From Perna viridis (taxonomy: Eukaryota), in NCBI GenBank assembly GCA_037379345.1, contig CM074524.1, positions 10,513,635 through 10,577,634 on the forward strand: DNA of 64,000 nucleotides. The letters are read 5' to 3'. Made by a program: the position numbers and the translations under genes. The notes beneath the pieces were generated by a model, which did not search any database, had not been told where the DNA came from, and saw nothing but the letters and a program-made list of their open reading frames with translations. Shown one piece after another: positions 25,801-37,387 of this stretch (position 1 is the stretch's first letter; every line of letters begins with the position of its first letter).

Positions 25801-28800
25801 GATAAGATTTAGGCCAAAACATAAACGCATTTCATTATTATAGCACCAACAAAATTGCCTAAATGATGAAAAATCCATAAAATCTCAATATTTCAGCGTA
25901 TTTTTGACAATTTTGTAAAAAACAAATGTGGCCTCACATGTGTTCATTCTTGATCTTTATATATATTGTGTATCATTGTGAGATATAGCATATATATCAA
26001 TATTTTGGATAAACACGGATGCGGCCACTTCCATTTTAGGCAAAAGCCATTGAAAAATATGTGCGAAAATGCAACAAAATTAAAGATTTCACTAATAATG
26101 TGTTAATTTTGACTGCTATTAGGTCAAAAACATTCATGATATTGCCAAAATCGGCCGAGATGTATTTACTGCAACCGTTATCCTTTCAAATAAAGTAACT
26201 AGTATAGACCAAAAAATATCTTTCACTCCTTTTGCTCCCAGTGAAAAGAAGATTTCCATTGATGTGTATATCTAAAACCTCAGAACCATGAATTCAAGAG
26301 TGGACAAACTTGTGTTTCTTTCCTAATCCAGGAAAATTGGTATTATAGTTACTATCAGAGGACTCCAAAAGGGAGATAATTGACCTATGCATTTTCTAAC
26401 TCCATTTGAAGCAGGTGGTTTTCTGTTTGTGAGCTTGCTTATAGATTTTCTATTTTGAAAAGCATTTAGCTAAGAGGGTGATAGAGCAGTTTGTTACCTC
26501 AAGAAAATCATTGTCACCCTGAGGCGCAGCTGAGGATGACAGTGTATTTTCAAGGGGTAACAAACTATTACCTTCTTAACTACATGTATATGTTATACTA
26601 CATGTTCCATTTTCACAAAAAAGTAATAGAAAAAAAACTATTGCTGACTGAGACATGTGATTTAGCAGAATATTACCCTCGCATTGTACCAAATTTGAAA
26701 AAGAGCAAAATTGACATGATGTTTAATAATATAATTTATAATTGTACCTTAAGGTTAAAAAAATTTTAATTATTTTTAGTAGTGTAAATATTTTAATTAA
26801 GGAACATCTTTTACACAGTAAACTTAGGATGCTGAAATCCAAAGGAGCAGATGATGTTCCAAATTTAGAAACCTGGGAAGATTTCCTTGCTGTTGATCCT
26901 ACAGCCCACAAGCCTCAACGTTCGAAAAGGAAGTCATTTGCTACTGGTGTACAGATTCTTGTCAAAGCTGTACAGTGGCAAAAGTAGGTCGTATGTCCTC
27001 TTTGTAATAATGGTAACATAATGTTATGCAGTGTACTAACTTGTTTTGCTTTTTTTGCCACCAGCAAAGTGTATAAAGTCTATATTTTTCGAAATCCTTG
27101 AACTTTTGCAAGGATATTCAAGAAACTTTATATTGTTAAAATATTGTCAAAAAAAGATCAATGTAAAGATGGAAATATACTGAAAAAAATACTCCTAAGT
27201 GTTCAGCACAAAGAAGGCGTGCTTTCCAGAATAAAATATCTTCATTGATATGCAGGGTTTGGGCTGATTACTTTCGATTGTAATTGATTGAATCAGAAAT
27301 ACATAGAGTAAAAATGAAATAGATTACATCATGATAAATCATAATTTCAAATGTAATTGATTACATATGATTACTTTTGTCAAAGTAATCTTGATTACTT
27401 CATGATTACTACAGATATTTCTGTACGTTAATAAAAGAAGATAAATTTATCAATGATAAGTACTGCAAATGAACATTTCAAGGGCAAATAGTTCAGCGCT
27501 GTTTCAGTAAAAATTATGAGGAACCCAGGGATAACAGTATCAAAAAGTGGTCATTTAAAGTAGAAAAGACTTCTTTGCATGGAGTTATATTGACAGACTT
27601 GTGCATTTTTGAAGTGTGTGATCCGATTTTCTTTATTTTGCATGCTTTTTTCAAAGACTTGTACTAACAGGTTGTTGGAAGAATCAAGAAATGAAAGAAA
27701 GAATTTGACTAAATAGAGTCTGTATAGAGAATTTGAAATGTCATCTATGCCTATTGAAACTTTTAGAGTGTCACTGAATTTTTTTTTCTTTCAATTTCAG
27801 ACGCCTGAGTATTTCTCCACAAGTACCTAGTATTGCCCCCTCCTCTGCCACAACCCCAAGCCCTGGGGCCAAATCCACAGGAAAGACAACACCAGTAGCA
27901 GAGAACCAAGATGGGAGCAGTAAGTTAGAAAATATAGCCAGGCAGCTACAAACTGAACAGAAAAAAGCCCAGAAGAAAACTCCAATTTGGCAAAGAGTTG
28001 CTGCAGAAAAAGCTGAGGTGTATGAGGTACCAGTTGCTAAAAGGTAACCATGGTAACAGGCTGTCCTTTTTTTTTGAAAATTATTATCAACTTTTGTAAT
28101 AAAAATAGGATGGGGATTCCACTTTCTTTTCTGTCACTTTATTTTATCTTGACATCTGTGTGTGAACAATGTAGAATCATCATCTTTCTATTACAGTAAA
28201 TTCAGATATTTTGATGATGTTTTTATGTATTTGGCAATTACAATGGATCGACGATTCCATTATTAAAAATTCACATTTGACTTGAATTGCAAAATAATTG
28301 CACTGAAATATTTCTTTAATTTACAGCAATTGTTTACATTCATAAAAAAAAAATGCTTACCACATTGGTTTTCAAGATTATAGGTCAAAGGTAAAGGTCA
28401 TAGTGTGGCTTTTTAAATTTTCAAGTGAGTAGATGTTTTGTGTCCAGTTTTCATTATTTTGAAAATTATTCTAAATAATAATATATAAATAATTCATGAA
28501 ATGTTGAAGTTTAAAACTAAGGTTTGATATACTCTCAGCTAAAGATGATCTCGCTTAAGGAGGTAGATCTAAGGGACACAACTCTTACAAATCATTAGAA
28601 CGTTTGTATTCAGCATTTTATATCAATCTCATAACAAAGTAACTAGGATTTTTTTCATTCTGTTTCAAATGAAAGCTTGAAATGCTTTGATAAAATTGAA
28701 TATGATACAAACATTTCACTGATTTCAAGAGTTATATCCCTTATCCTAGGTCTACCTCCTTAATTTGGGCTGAAGTTGCAGTTTTTGTCCTTCTATCAAA

Positions 28801-31800
28801 GCACTCCAACATCATTTGCTTTTGCAACTATTTTGATTTGAGTACTACTTACACAGGAAAAATTGCAACATAGTTTCAAAACATATGGAAACATATGTTT
28901 AGGACAGGCATGGAGTTATATCTATTTTTGCCCATTAAAACTCTTGAACTGCATATTTTGCCCCAATTCAATTGAATACATGACCTTAATGACTGGAATC
29001 ATCTGGGAGGCATTTGTTTACCTGTTCATATTTAAATGAGAAAGTATATTTTAATTGAAAATGTATGTTTTTCATGGTAGTCCTAAGCATATGAAAACAC
29101 ATCCAAAACATGTTGCAATTTTTTCTGTGTATAAGTCTTGAGTTGATGAGATGCTTATATTGTATGGTTATAAGAACAGTAGTGATTACCTTATACTACA
29201 CATGATTTTAGGACAAAAGAGGAGCAGGTTGACCCAGAAGATTTAGTGGAATCTATGCAAAAAAAGTTCTTCAAACTGAAAAACAAACAAAAATTGGAAA
29301 TGGATGCAGAGGTTCACAAACTTGAGAGGTAAATATATGTAGAATATTATGCAATCGAATTGCAAGTAGTTAATTTTGATTTTAAGGACATGGGCAAGGT
29401 CACATTGTTTTCATGGAAATGGGATGCTATGCTTCAGGTTTTCTTTTGTTTAGACTCTAACCTTTTTCCTTGTGTACATGTTTTGCATTTTTAGCTCACC
29501 TGGCCAAAGGCCATATGAGCTATTGCCATCACTTGGCGTCTGTTGTCGTTATTAACAATTTTTCAAAACTCTTCTCCTCTGACACCACTTGACTAATTGG
29601 AACCAAACTTGGTATGAATGTTCCTTAGGGTATTGTGCATAGAACTGGTATGGGCATTTTTGATCCGTCGAAAAACATGGCCGCCATTACTAAAAATAGG
29701 ACATAGGGGTCAGACAGTAGTTTTTGGCATATATCTCCAAAATCGTTAGATGTAGCCAAATTCTGATTGGGGTAAAAGTGTTCAGGATGATGAGATCTAT
29801 CTGTGGTCAAATTTTCATTTTGATATGTTAAGCCAAGTCGGACTTGTTGTCCTTTTTTGATGTTTTTTTGCTATATTGAATGTTATTTCTTTCAAAAATC
29901 TCCTCTGACACCACCTGACCACTTGGAACCAAACTCGGTATGAATGTTCTTTGGGGTATTGTGCATAAAACTTTAATGAGGATTTTTGATCCGTCGAAAA
30001 ACATGGCTGCTGTTACTAAAAATAGAACAAAGGGGTCAGACAATTGTTTTGAACAAGTATCTCCAAAACCGTTAGTTTTAGCAAAATTATTTCTATAGCT
30101 GAAATGACCCTTATTATAAGGCCATCAATAGTTGTCAGAGATCAAAGTTGTCAGGTGACTCCTGTAAGAGTTATTGCCCTTGAAAGATGAAAAATGATTT
30201 TTTTTTTACAGTTTTCAGCCAATATCTTTGAAACTAAAAGAAAGAAACTTTCTATCACTGAAATGATCCTAATGATAGTCCAACCAAATTCTTCTTGAAT
30301 CAAAATTGTTGGACAACTCCTTGTCAAATTTATTGCCCTTGAAAGACAAACTTTAATCAGGTGAGTGATTCAGGAGGGGAATTGATCAGGATGGTGAGAC
30401 CAATGTATGCTGAAATTTTCATAAAGATATGTTGGTCAGTGTTGGAGTTATTGCCCTTGAAGAGAAAAAAAGGGCAAACCAGGCGGATAACTAAGATACT
30501 CTCTATTAATTAAATGATTCTTGTGACAATGGTATGGTAAGGTCTAGAGTCCAGCTTTAGAAAGCTATGAAGACTATTTTTTGACCAGGTGAGTGATTCA
30601 GGCTAGCTCCATTTTGCACCAAAATTCTTGGAAGAGATATTGTTCTTTGTCTCTAGTGATATCTAAATTAATTTTTTAGAACCACCTGGTTGTTAAAACT
30701 ACTTTGATTTGCATATGACTAAATTTTTCAATAAGAAATTCTCTTATCTGCATCCAAGGTTATTTTTAGTGAAGCGGAAATAGCCAAGATTGTTTCTGAC
30801 CTTGAACCATTGAAATTTCATTTACCTAGGTCCAAAACCTTTAACCCTTTTCATCTTTATTGAGGCCATATCGTTTTACTCAAGTGGACCATTGAAAAAA
30901 GCCAGGACTTTCCACTCTTGAAAGTAAATTTGAATCCCTGCTTTGAACCCCTAGTTTCTTCTTCAAATAATTCTTAAATGGGCTGCAACTTCAAGAATGA
31001 TAAATACATGTGTTTTATATTTTACATTTATAGTGAGAGATTACGCCTGTTCAGATATAAATTTGGTTTATTTGAGGGCATGAGTCCTGTGTTTGATCAA
31101 CATGTCACAAGACTTCAAGCTGCCAGGAGTAATATTCATGAAAATGTACACATCAGTGAAGTTAAACCATCTCTATGGTAGGTTTTACAATATTTTATCT
31201 TGATGACCCCATAAGGACCCCTAAAGTTAAACCTTCTGTATGGAAGGTTTCACAATATTTTATCTTATTGACCCCATAAGAACACCTGAACTTGGGATTC
31301 ACAATACTATCTCAGTGATCCCATAAGGACCCATTCTCTGTGGTAGGTATCAGAATATTTGATATAACCGAGACAACTGGTGTGGTACCTCATGTCTGGC
31401 TATCAGAATGAGTTGTGTGGGAAATCTAACTCAGTGGTAGGGAAGATCACTATTTTTCTTCATTATCAGCTTGGCACATACAGGCAAAGTTCTCAGTATA
31501 TTATTTATTTGATTCCCTAAATCTTGCATGTAGTTATTCAAAAAGATTCAGTTTATATAGTAAATTTGCATCCAACAATATGTGTTCAATATATATAACT
31601 TCATTGTGTCCAAACATAAAAACTAAATTATGAACTGTCCAAAAGTGATCTAAAGCATATCTGTCCTAACTAAGACTGTTCTTTCAACCCACTTTTAAGT
31701 AAGTACTTTTTAACCCTGTATTATCCTAAAGTATTATTACATAATATTCTCATATATATTTTTGGCATTCTTGTTAAAACAAAGTGTCTGTTTACACCAT

Positions 31801-34716
31801 AAGTAATTCTTAATCTTTTACTAATTAACATGTTCATTTTTGACCTAATCTTTAATACAATTGGAAACACTTTTATAATTTTCCAAATCTCCAATTTAAA
31901 ACATAAATCACTGGTTATATCACCACAAAGTAGGTGGTATATAATGATCATTCTGTAGGTTCATTTGTTTCTTCATCTATCCCAATTCCTAGTCTGCAAC
32001 TCCACTGAAATCACTGAATAACTTTCACAAATATTTGATCACATGATGCCATTGTTAAATCCTTGAAAAAAAATCTTGCTTTGATGTTTTCCCACTTTTT
32101 ATGAACCCCTTAGGTATGTATTAAGTAACCAAAGTAATCATTTTTAAATACTGTTTTGTTAAATACTTAAATCAGTAAGGTTTTCCTCATAAACTAGCAA
32201 AAAAATGTTTTCTTAAAAGAAGTGACCAAGAAATACCTCAATTTAAAGAGCAAGACTTCCATTTGGTTGTTTTATCAAGTTGGTAAATCTTGTACATGTA
32301 CATGTTTAGTATTGCATGTATATCTGCAGGTAATAAACCATGAAGGTTCAAAAGTCAATAAAAACAAGCTTTCAGTCAAGAATGAAAAGACTTGAAGATA
32401 TATTTGTTAGTGAATGATCCATAAATTTGTATTATCCATAGGTACGAGGAATTAAAAGAAAAGGCCCACAGGATATGTGGACATGGTAGAGATATCACTG
32501 AACTGCTGAAGAACATTGGGCAGCATTCTACCATGGATAGCAAGTCCCTTTATCAAGGCAAGGTAAGGCAATGAAGATTGAGCAACATTCCACCAAGGAT
32601 AGCAAGCCCCTTTTTCAAGGCAAGGTAAGGAAATGAAGAGTTGGAAAGATTCTACCATGGACAGCAAATCCCTTTATCAAGACAAGGTAAGGCAATGAAG
32701 AAGATTGGGCAACATTCTACAATGCATATCAAGTCCCTTTTTCAAGGCAAGGTAAGGCAATGAAGAGTTGGCAACATTCTACCATGCATAACATGTTCCT
32801 TTATCAAGGTACAGTAAGGAAATGAAGAAGATTAGGCAGCATTCTGCGATGGATAGCAAGTTCCTTTATCAAGGCAAGGTAAGGCAGTGAAGATTGAGCA
32901 ACATTCTACCAAGGATAGCAAGCCCCTTTTTCAAGGCAAGGTAAGGCAATGAAGAGTTGGCAACATTCTACCATGCATAACATGTTCCTTTATCAAGGTA
33001 CAGTAAGGAAATGAAGAAGATTAGGCAGCATTCTGCGATGGATAGCAAGTTCCTTTATCAAGGCAAGGTAAGGCAGTGAAGATTGAGCAACATTCTACCA
33101 AGAATAGCAAGCCCCTTTTTCAAGGCAAGGTAAGGCAATGAAGAGTTGGCAACATTCTACCATGCATAACATGTTCCTTTATCAAGGTACAGTAAGGAAA
33201 TGAAGAAGATTAGGCAGCATTCTGCGATGGATAGCAAGTTCCTTTATCAAGGCAAGGTAAGGCAGTGAAGATTGAGCAACATTCTACCAAGAATAGCAAG
33301 CCCCTTTTTCAAGGCAAGGTAAGGCAATGAAGAGTTGGCAACATTCTACCATGCATAACATGTTCCTTTATCAAGGTACAGTAAGGAAATGAAGAAGATT
33401 AGGCAGCATTCTGCGATGGATAGCAAGTTCCTTTATCAAGGCAAGGTAAGGCAGTGAAGATTGAGCAACATTCTACCAAGGATAGCAAGCCCCTTTTTCA
33501 AGGCAAGGTAAGGCAATGAAGAGTTGGCAACATTCTACCATGCATAACATGTTCCTTTATCAAGGTACAGTAAGGAAATGAAGAAGATTGGGCAACATTT
33601 CACCATGGATAGCAAGTCCCTTTATCAAGGCAGAGTAGGGCAATTTGGCTTTAAATCACCTTTGTAGTAAAGTGATTATTTATGGCAGTCAGACAATAGA
33701 TTTTGATCTGCTCCTTGATGCACACGTTGTTGTTTAGGCAGTAATTTGAGTCAACAATGATTTTGATATGAATGATTTTGCTTTTGGTTTGTATTTATAA
33801 ATTTCTTGAATGAGTATTAAATGCTGCATTCTTGTCAAAGAATAAAAAAAAAATGTTTTGTATACTACAATTAATTGTTGTTTTTCTGTTTCAGGCTAAA
33901 CTATGTCTTCTTGTGATGTCCCTCCCTTCTAATGAGATTTGTACAGTTGGCTTCCAGACTGCTATCAAAGTAAGTCCGATGAGTCTTTTCTTTGATGTTG
34001 TATCACAAGTGACTGATTACACTTTCAAAAGAGTATTCAAATCAACGTTTAAGGAGATAGACCTGGGGTAAGGGAAGTAACTCTTGAAATCACTGATATG
34101 TTTACATCATATTCAATTTCATCAAAGCATGTCAAGCATTCCTTTGAAATAGAATGAAATAATTCCAAGTTACTTTGATACTTAGATGAAATTGATGTAA
34201 AATGCTTTACACAAATGTTCTAATGATTTGTGAGAGTTATGTCCCTTACCCTAGGTCTACCTCTTTAACTTGTGTTAGTTTCTGTTATTCTGCTTTGACT
34301 GACATTTTAACATCCACCCATATAAAATTCACACTGCTAATGGTAGAGGAGATACAGAGAAATACACAGAACAAACGATGTTTTATTTTTTTGTTGATCT
34401 ATGTAGGCCAGATTTTCATGTCTTGCAAAGTGCCAATTTCATGTACAGTCTACAGAGTTTTTGTCTCAAAAGTGCAATGGCTGATTGACAATCTAAAACT
34501 GTGTATGTGGTCTGTAAAAGTTAATATGATGGATTTTTCAGATGCATATATTACCTCATAAAGACATTAATTATCCTCAAATTTTTCTTTCAGTACTTAC
34601 TGGAGACTGTTATGTTGCATGATCTGAAGAATTTCTTGGACTGGATAGACCTAAGAAAAGTGCCTTACAATGTGTATGAAAAGAAAGAAATTGAAAACAG
34701 GGATCTGGAAAAATAA
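16878..34716 (+). CDS. Uncharacterised 752-aa protein, probably CCDC60/DUF4698-like; 15 coding exons
   Basis: Phase-consistent exons: 16878-16995, 17508-17731, 18627-18734, 21046-21189, 21706-22046, 22937-22994, 24402-24472, 25277-25444, 26780-26983, 27801-28043, 29212-29328, 31034-31177, 32442-32562, 33895-33969, 34594-34716 (2259 nt, open throughout). The C-terminus (MQKKF...ERLRLFRYKF...WYEEL...EIC...AIKYLLE...FLDWIDLRK) matches the residue pattern I recall for the CCDC60 C-terminus. The family call is less certain than the gene model. Confidence 0.75.
19432..19692. repeat. 36-bp minisatellite, about 7 copies
   Basis: Unit GACCCATACATGTAAGTCATGTTTTTAGATCTTATA; explains the repetitive ORF 19398-19670. 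Confidence 0.9.
19953..20775 (-). mobile_element. 5'-truncated Penelope-like retroelement (C-terminal RT/thumb plus 3' UTR; no C-terminal GIY-YIG, consistent with Naiad-type)
   Basis: ORF 20234-20761 contains FRYIDDVL, SASYLDLHL, YDKRDDFSF and NIPSAPAYGVFIS.LVRYARAC, and stops without a downstream endonuclease domain. The 3' UTR is structured. Confidence 0.8.
23337..24080 (+). mobile_element. Degenerate copy of the same Penelope-like family, opposite orientation
   Basis: Frameshifted FRYIDDILSLN...YTKEL...IDGKGKLLTKLY. The 3' UTR aligns to the reverse complement of about 19953-20230. Confidence 0.8.
28559..28759 (+). mobile_element. ~200-bp Kolobok-like MITE
   Basis: TTAA|GGAGGTAGA...TCTACCTCC|TTAA. 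Confidence 0.85.
29488..30610. mobile_element. Non-autonomous Helentron-like element with internal tandem repeats
   Basis: Begins TTTTTAGCTCACCTGG...TGAGCTA (hairpin) followed by a GTC/GTT microsatellite. Contains a ~330-bp internal duplication (about 29570-29750 versus 29900-30080) and subterminal inverted CAGGTGAG copies near 30358 and 30586. Confidence 0.65.
32507..33643 (+). repeat. Minisatellite of 18 units of 62-65 bp with a 189-bp higher-order period, derived from an exon 3' end plus splice donor
   Basis: Donor-like GT positions at 32563, 32625, 32687, 32752, 32814, 32879, 32941, 33003, 33068, 33130, 33192, 33257, 33319, 33381, 33446, 33508, 33570 and 33635. Confidence 0.95.
34053..34264 (-). 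mobile_element. ~200-bp Kolobok-like MITE, inverted copy
   Basis: Same TIRs, TTAA on both sides, internal sequence reverse-complemented. Confidence 0.8.
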
Positions 34717-35639
34717 AGTACCCTAGCATTACTTTTTGTGTCTATACAAAACAATCCATAAAAAAGTATTATTATGAAAAATGGTGCTATTCATATTTTT
34801 AAACTGGTATTATATTAGAAAACCTTCATCTGTGACATTTCTTTAAATTCAGAAATAATTCAGTTTGTTTATACCATTATCTTATATTTAGATAAATATG
34901 TATTTTTTGTATATGCATTATACATATTAGTAATTGTTTAAACTCTATCACATGGCCTAATTCCTAACCCTAGGTTTAAGTTGCCCCCTTTACTCAGAAC
35001 ACACTTAAAGTATAATTTTGTTAACATACCAAAAGTCTGTTTCACATGCCAACTTATTGACCTTGGACCACTATCAGCCAGAGGGGTTGGTTTTGGTTGA
35101 GGGTTGATATGGTGTGTGATACAGATTTGTTCATGTCATGTTATTGCAGTATCCATTGTCATTTGTTAATTCAGTAGAAATTATTATCGTCAGGTATAAA
35201 AATTAGTGATATTTACATTATAATCTTCCCTGTCATTTTTGTTGAAATTACTGTTGAATGAATCATCTGCTATATATTATATACCTACATGTATTAGTTT
35301 GGTTTTAAGGTACATGTATTGTGAATACTCAAGATTTAGTTACACATTGTGCAATACATGTATTTTTACAAGAGTTATCTTTATACTGTTGTTATATTTA
35401 TACAATTAAGTTATTTTTACAGTTGTTATCTTTTATGCAGTGTTTGATGTTTACAATTGTTTTGTGTTGTATTTTTTACGCCCCCCCCTTCCCACTTTTA
35501 AGAAGGCAATAAATGTTGGTGAGGCAAAAGATTTTCAGTAGGTTGGATTATCTTGATGTTGATATTTTTATTGTTTTTGCATTTAAGTAGCTGTCTTTGT
35601 AAGAATCATGCAAAATTTGAAAAATGTGATACTCCCCAA

Positions 35640-35985
35640 AAAGGCCACATATTTATATTTTTGTAATTAGGTTGTTTTATGGGTCTTTATTGTGAGATGT
35701 GTAATTATTCATTCATATCTGCCTGCTCTTAGGAGATAGTAAACATTGAAAATCCAATAAAATCTATTGTATTTGAGTGTCATTTACAGAGTTATCTCCC
35801 TTAATTTTGAAATCTACAGTGCATTCTGTATAATTTGTATCTCCTAAGAACACAGTTATATGAAAAACCACATGTTACTTTCTGTTAACTATGTTATTTT
35901 AAACAAAATATCAAAAATAAAAATATGTAGGCTTTACGACCATGACACACATTTTGCATGATTCTTATGTGGAGTGCTACTTAAA
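35640..35985. mobile_element. Dispersed ~350-bp repeat ending GGAGTGCTACTTAA
   Basis: Homologous copies at about 55905-56245 and 59360-59605, and reverse at about 62265-62600. Confidence 0.65.
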
Positions 35986-36986
35986 ACTTGATAAATTTGT
36001 TTAAATTTTTTATTGACAGTCAAAAGATACTTTTAAGAATTTCTTTAATACTTCAACAATTTTTATTTGCCCATTGTTTATGCACTTTAAATATTTGGAA
36101 TGCAGGTTTTATGTGATTGGCTTTTTCTGGCTTAATTAATTGTCTTCATCATAAATTTGTGTTGCTAATATAGTTTGTATATAGAATACACTTATGTCTT
36201 TCAACAGTCTCTCATAAATCTTTGTAGATTATTGCTTATAATGCTAATGTCTTTCTTGTTTTATGTAGATTTTAAATATGCATGTTTGTATGTGAAATAC
36301 TGAATGTGAATCTGAATCAGCCAGTGTTGATCATAATTTGTTACTGTGTATTTTGACAATGTTAAGTTTAAATAAATAAAAAAAATGAAAATGGTCCATT
36401 GTTTTTCTTTGCCTACACCCCTAATGAATAGAGGAACATTGTACTGGTATATTTTCTCCCATTTTGGATGTATCCTCTCTGTAACCACTTGACAAAAGTA
36501 ATGACTGATCTGGGGCGGATCCAGGATTTTATGAAGGGGAGGCGTAATTACAAGTATCAGTGTGAAAGGAAACCAGATTATGACATGTTTAATGAAAGAA
36601 AATGATAAATTGCCATATTCAATACAATATTAAGCAGATTACAGTAGCTATTTGTTTTTTTTTCCTTTGAAAAGGGGGAGGGGGGCATTTGACACAAGCA
36701 GGGACAATATACATGTATATAGCTGTTTCACACAAGCTTGTTATAGACTTGTTATAGGGATCAGTTTGACAAAATAAATAAAGCATTAATTTTATTGTCC
36801 TTGAAAATGCAATACATTGTTCCAATTAATCACAGTGACTTCAGGTTTTCAAAAGCACTGACGCCAACTCTTCCAAAAGTTTAGCTAACAAAGTGAAGCC
36901 TGTCTTAACCCTTCAAAAACTGAAAACCTTTCTACACCAGACAAATTTTTTCATCATTTTATTTCAGTTTTAATTACCGCAACCAA

Positions 36987-37133
36987 CAGGGATGAATTTT
37001 TTTCTGCTTTTTAGCGGAATTCCGCTTATTGAAATCAGGATTTTACCATTACAATTCTTTTTTTTTTACTGTTTATATATTTCTGATTTTACCAATATCC
37101 GCTTTGTTTGATGACCTCATAAAATCATCCCTG
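36987..37133. mobile_element. CAGGGAT-ended MITE nested in an older MITE remnant
   Basis: TIR CAGGGATGA/TCATCCCTG with 6-bp TSD AACCAA. Related fragments near 51260, 52440-52510, 53915-54050 and 58960-59095. Confidence 0.75.
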
Positions 37134-37387
37134 AACCAAGCATCTGTCTAAACAGAACAAATACAGTCTGGAGACAGGTTTTACTGTGTTAAAAGTGCCT
37201 AAATCCATCTTGGCTGCAGCCTTGAAAACAGAATGAAAAATTTCCATTTCTTTATCGAGCCCACAAAAGTCCACCATCTTGCTATAAATGTCCCTGTGTA
37301 TTCTCTAGTGACTGAAATTATCCACCAATTCAAAGACTTAGTGTCTGATCCATACACATATCACAAGTGAAGATGTAAATCACCTGT

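Noticed and set aside
26463-26556. Possible exon with in-frame TGA (selenocysteine or read-through) in the CCDC60-like gene
   Set aside because: Phases do not fit, exons 25277-25444 and 26780-26983 join in frame without it, and no SECIS was found.
32507-33643. CRISPR-like or repeat-protein interpretation of the array
   Set aside because: No unique spacers, eukaryotic context, stops in the units, and a clear origin from the adjacent exon.
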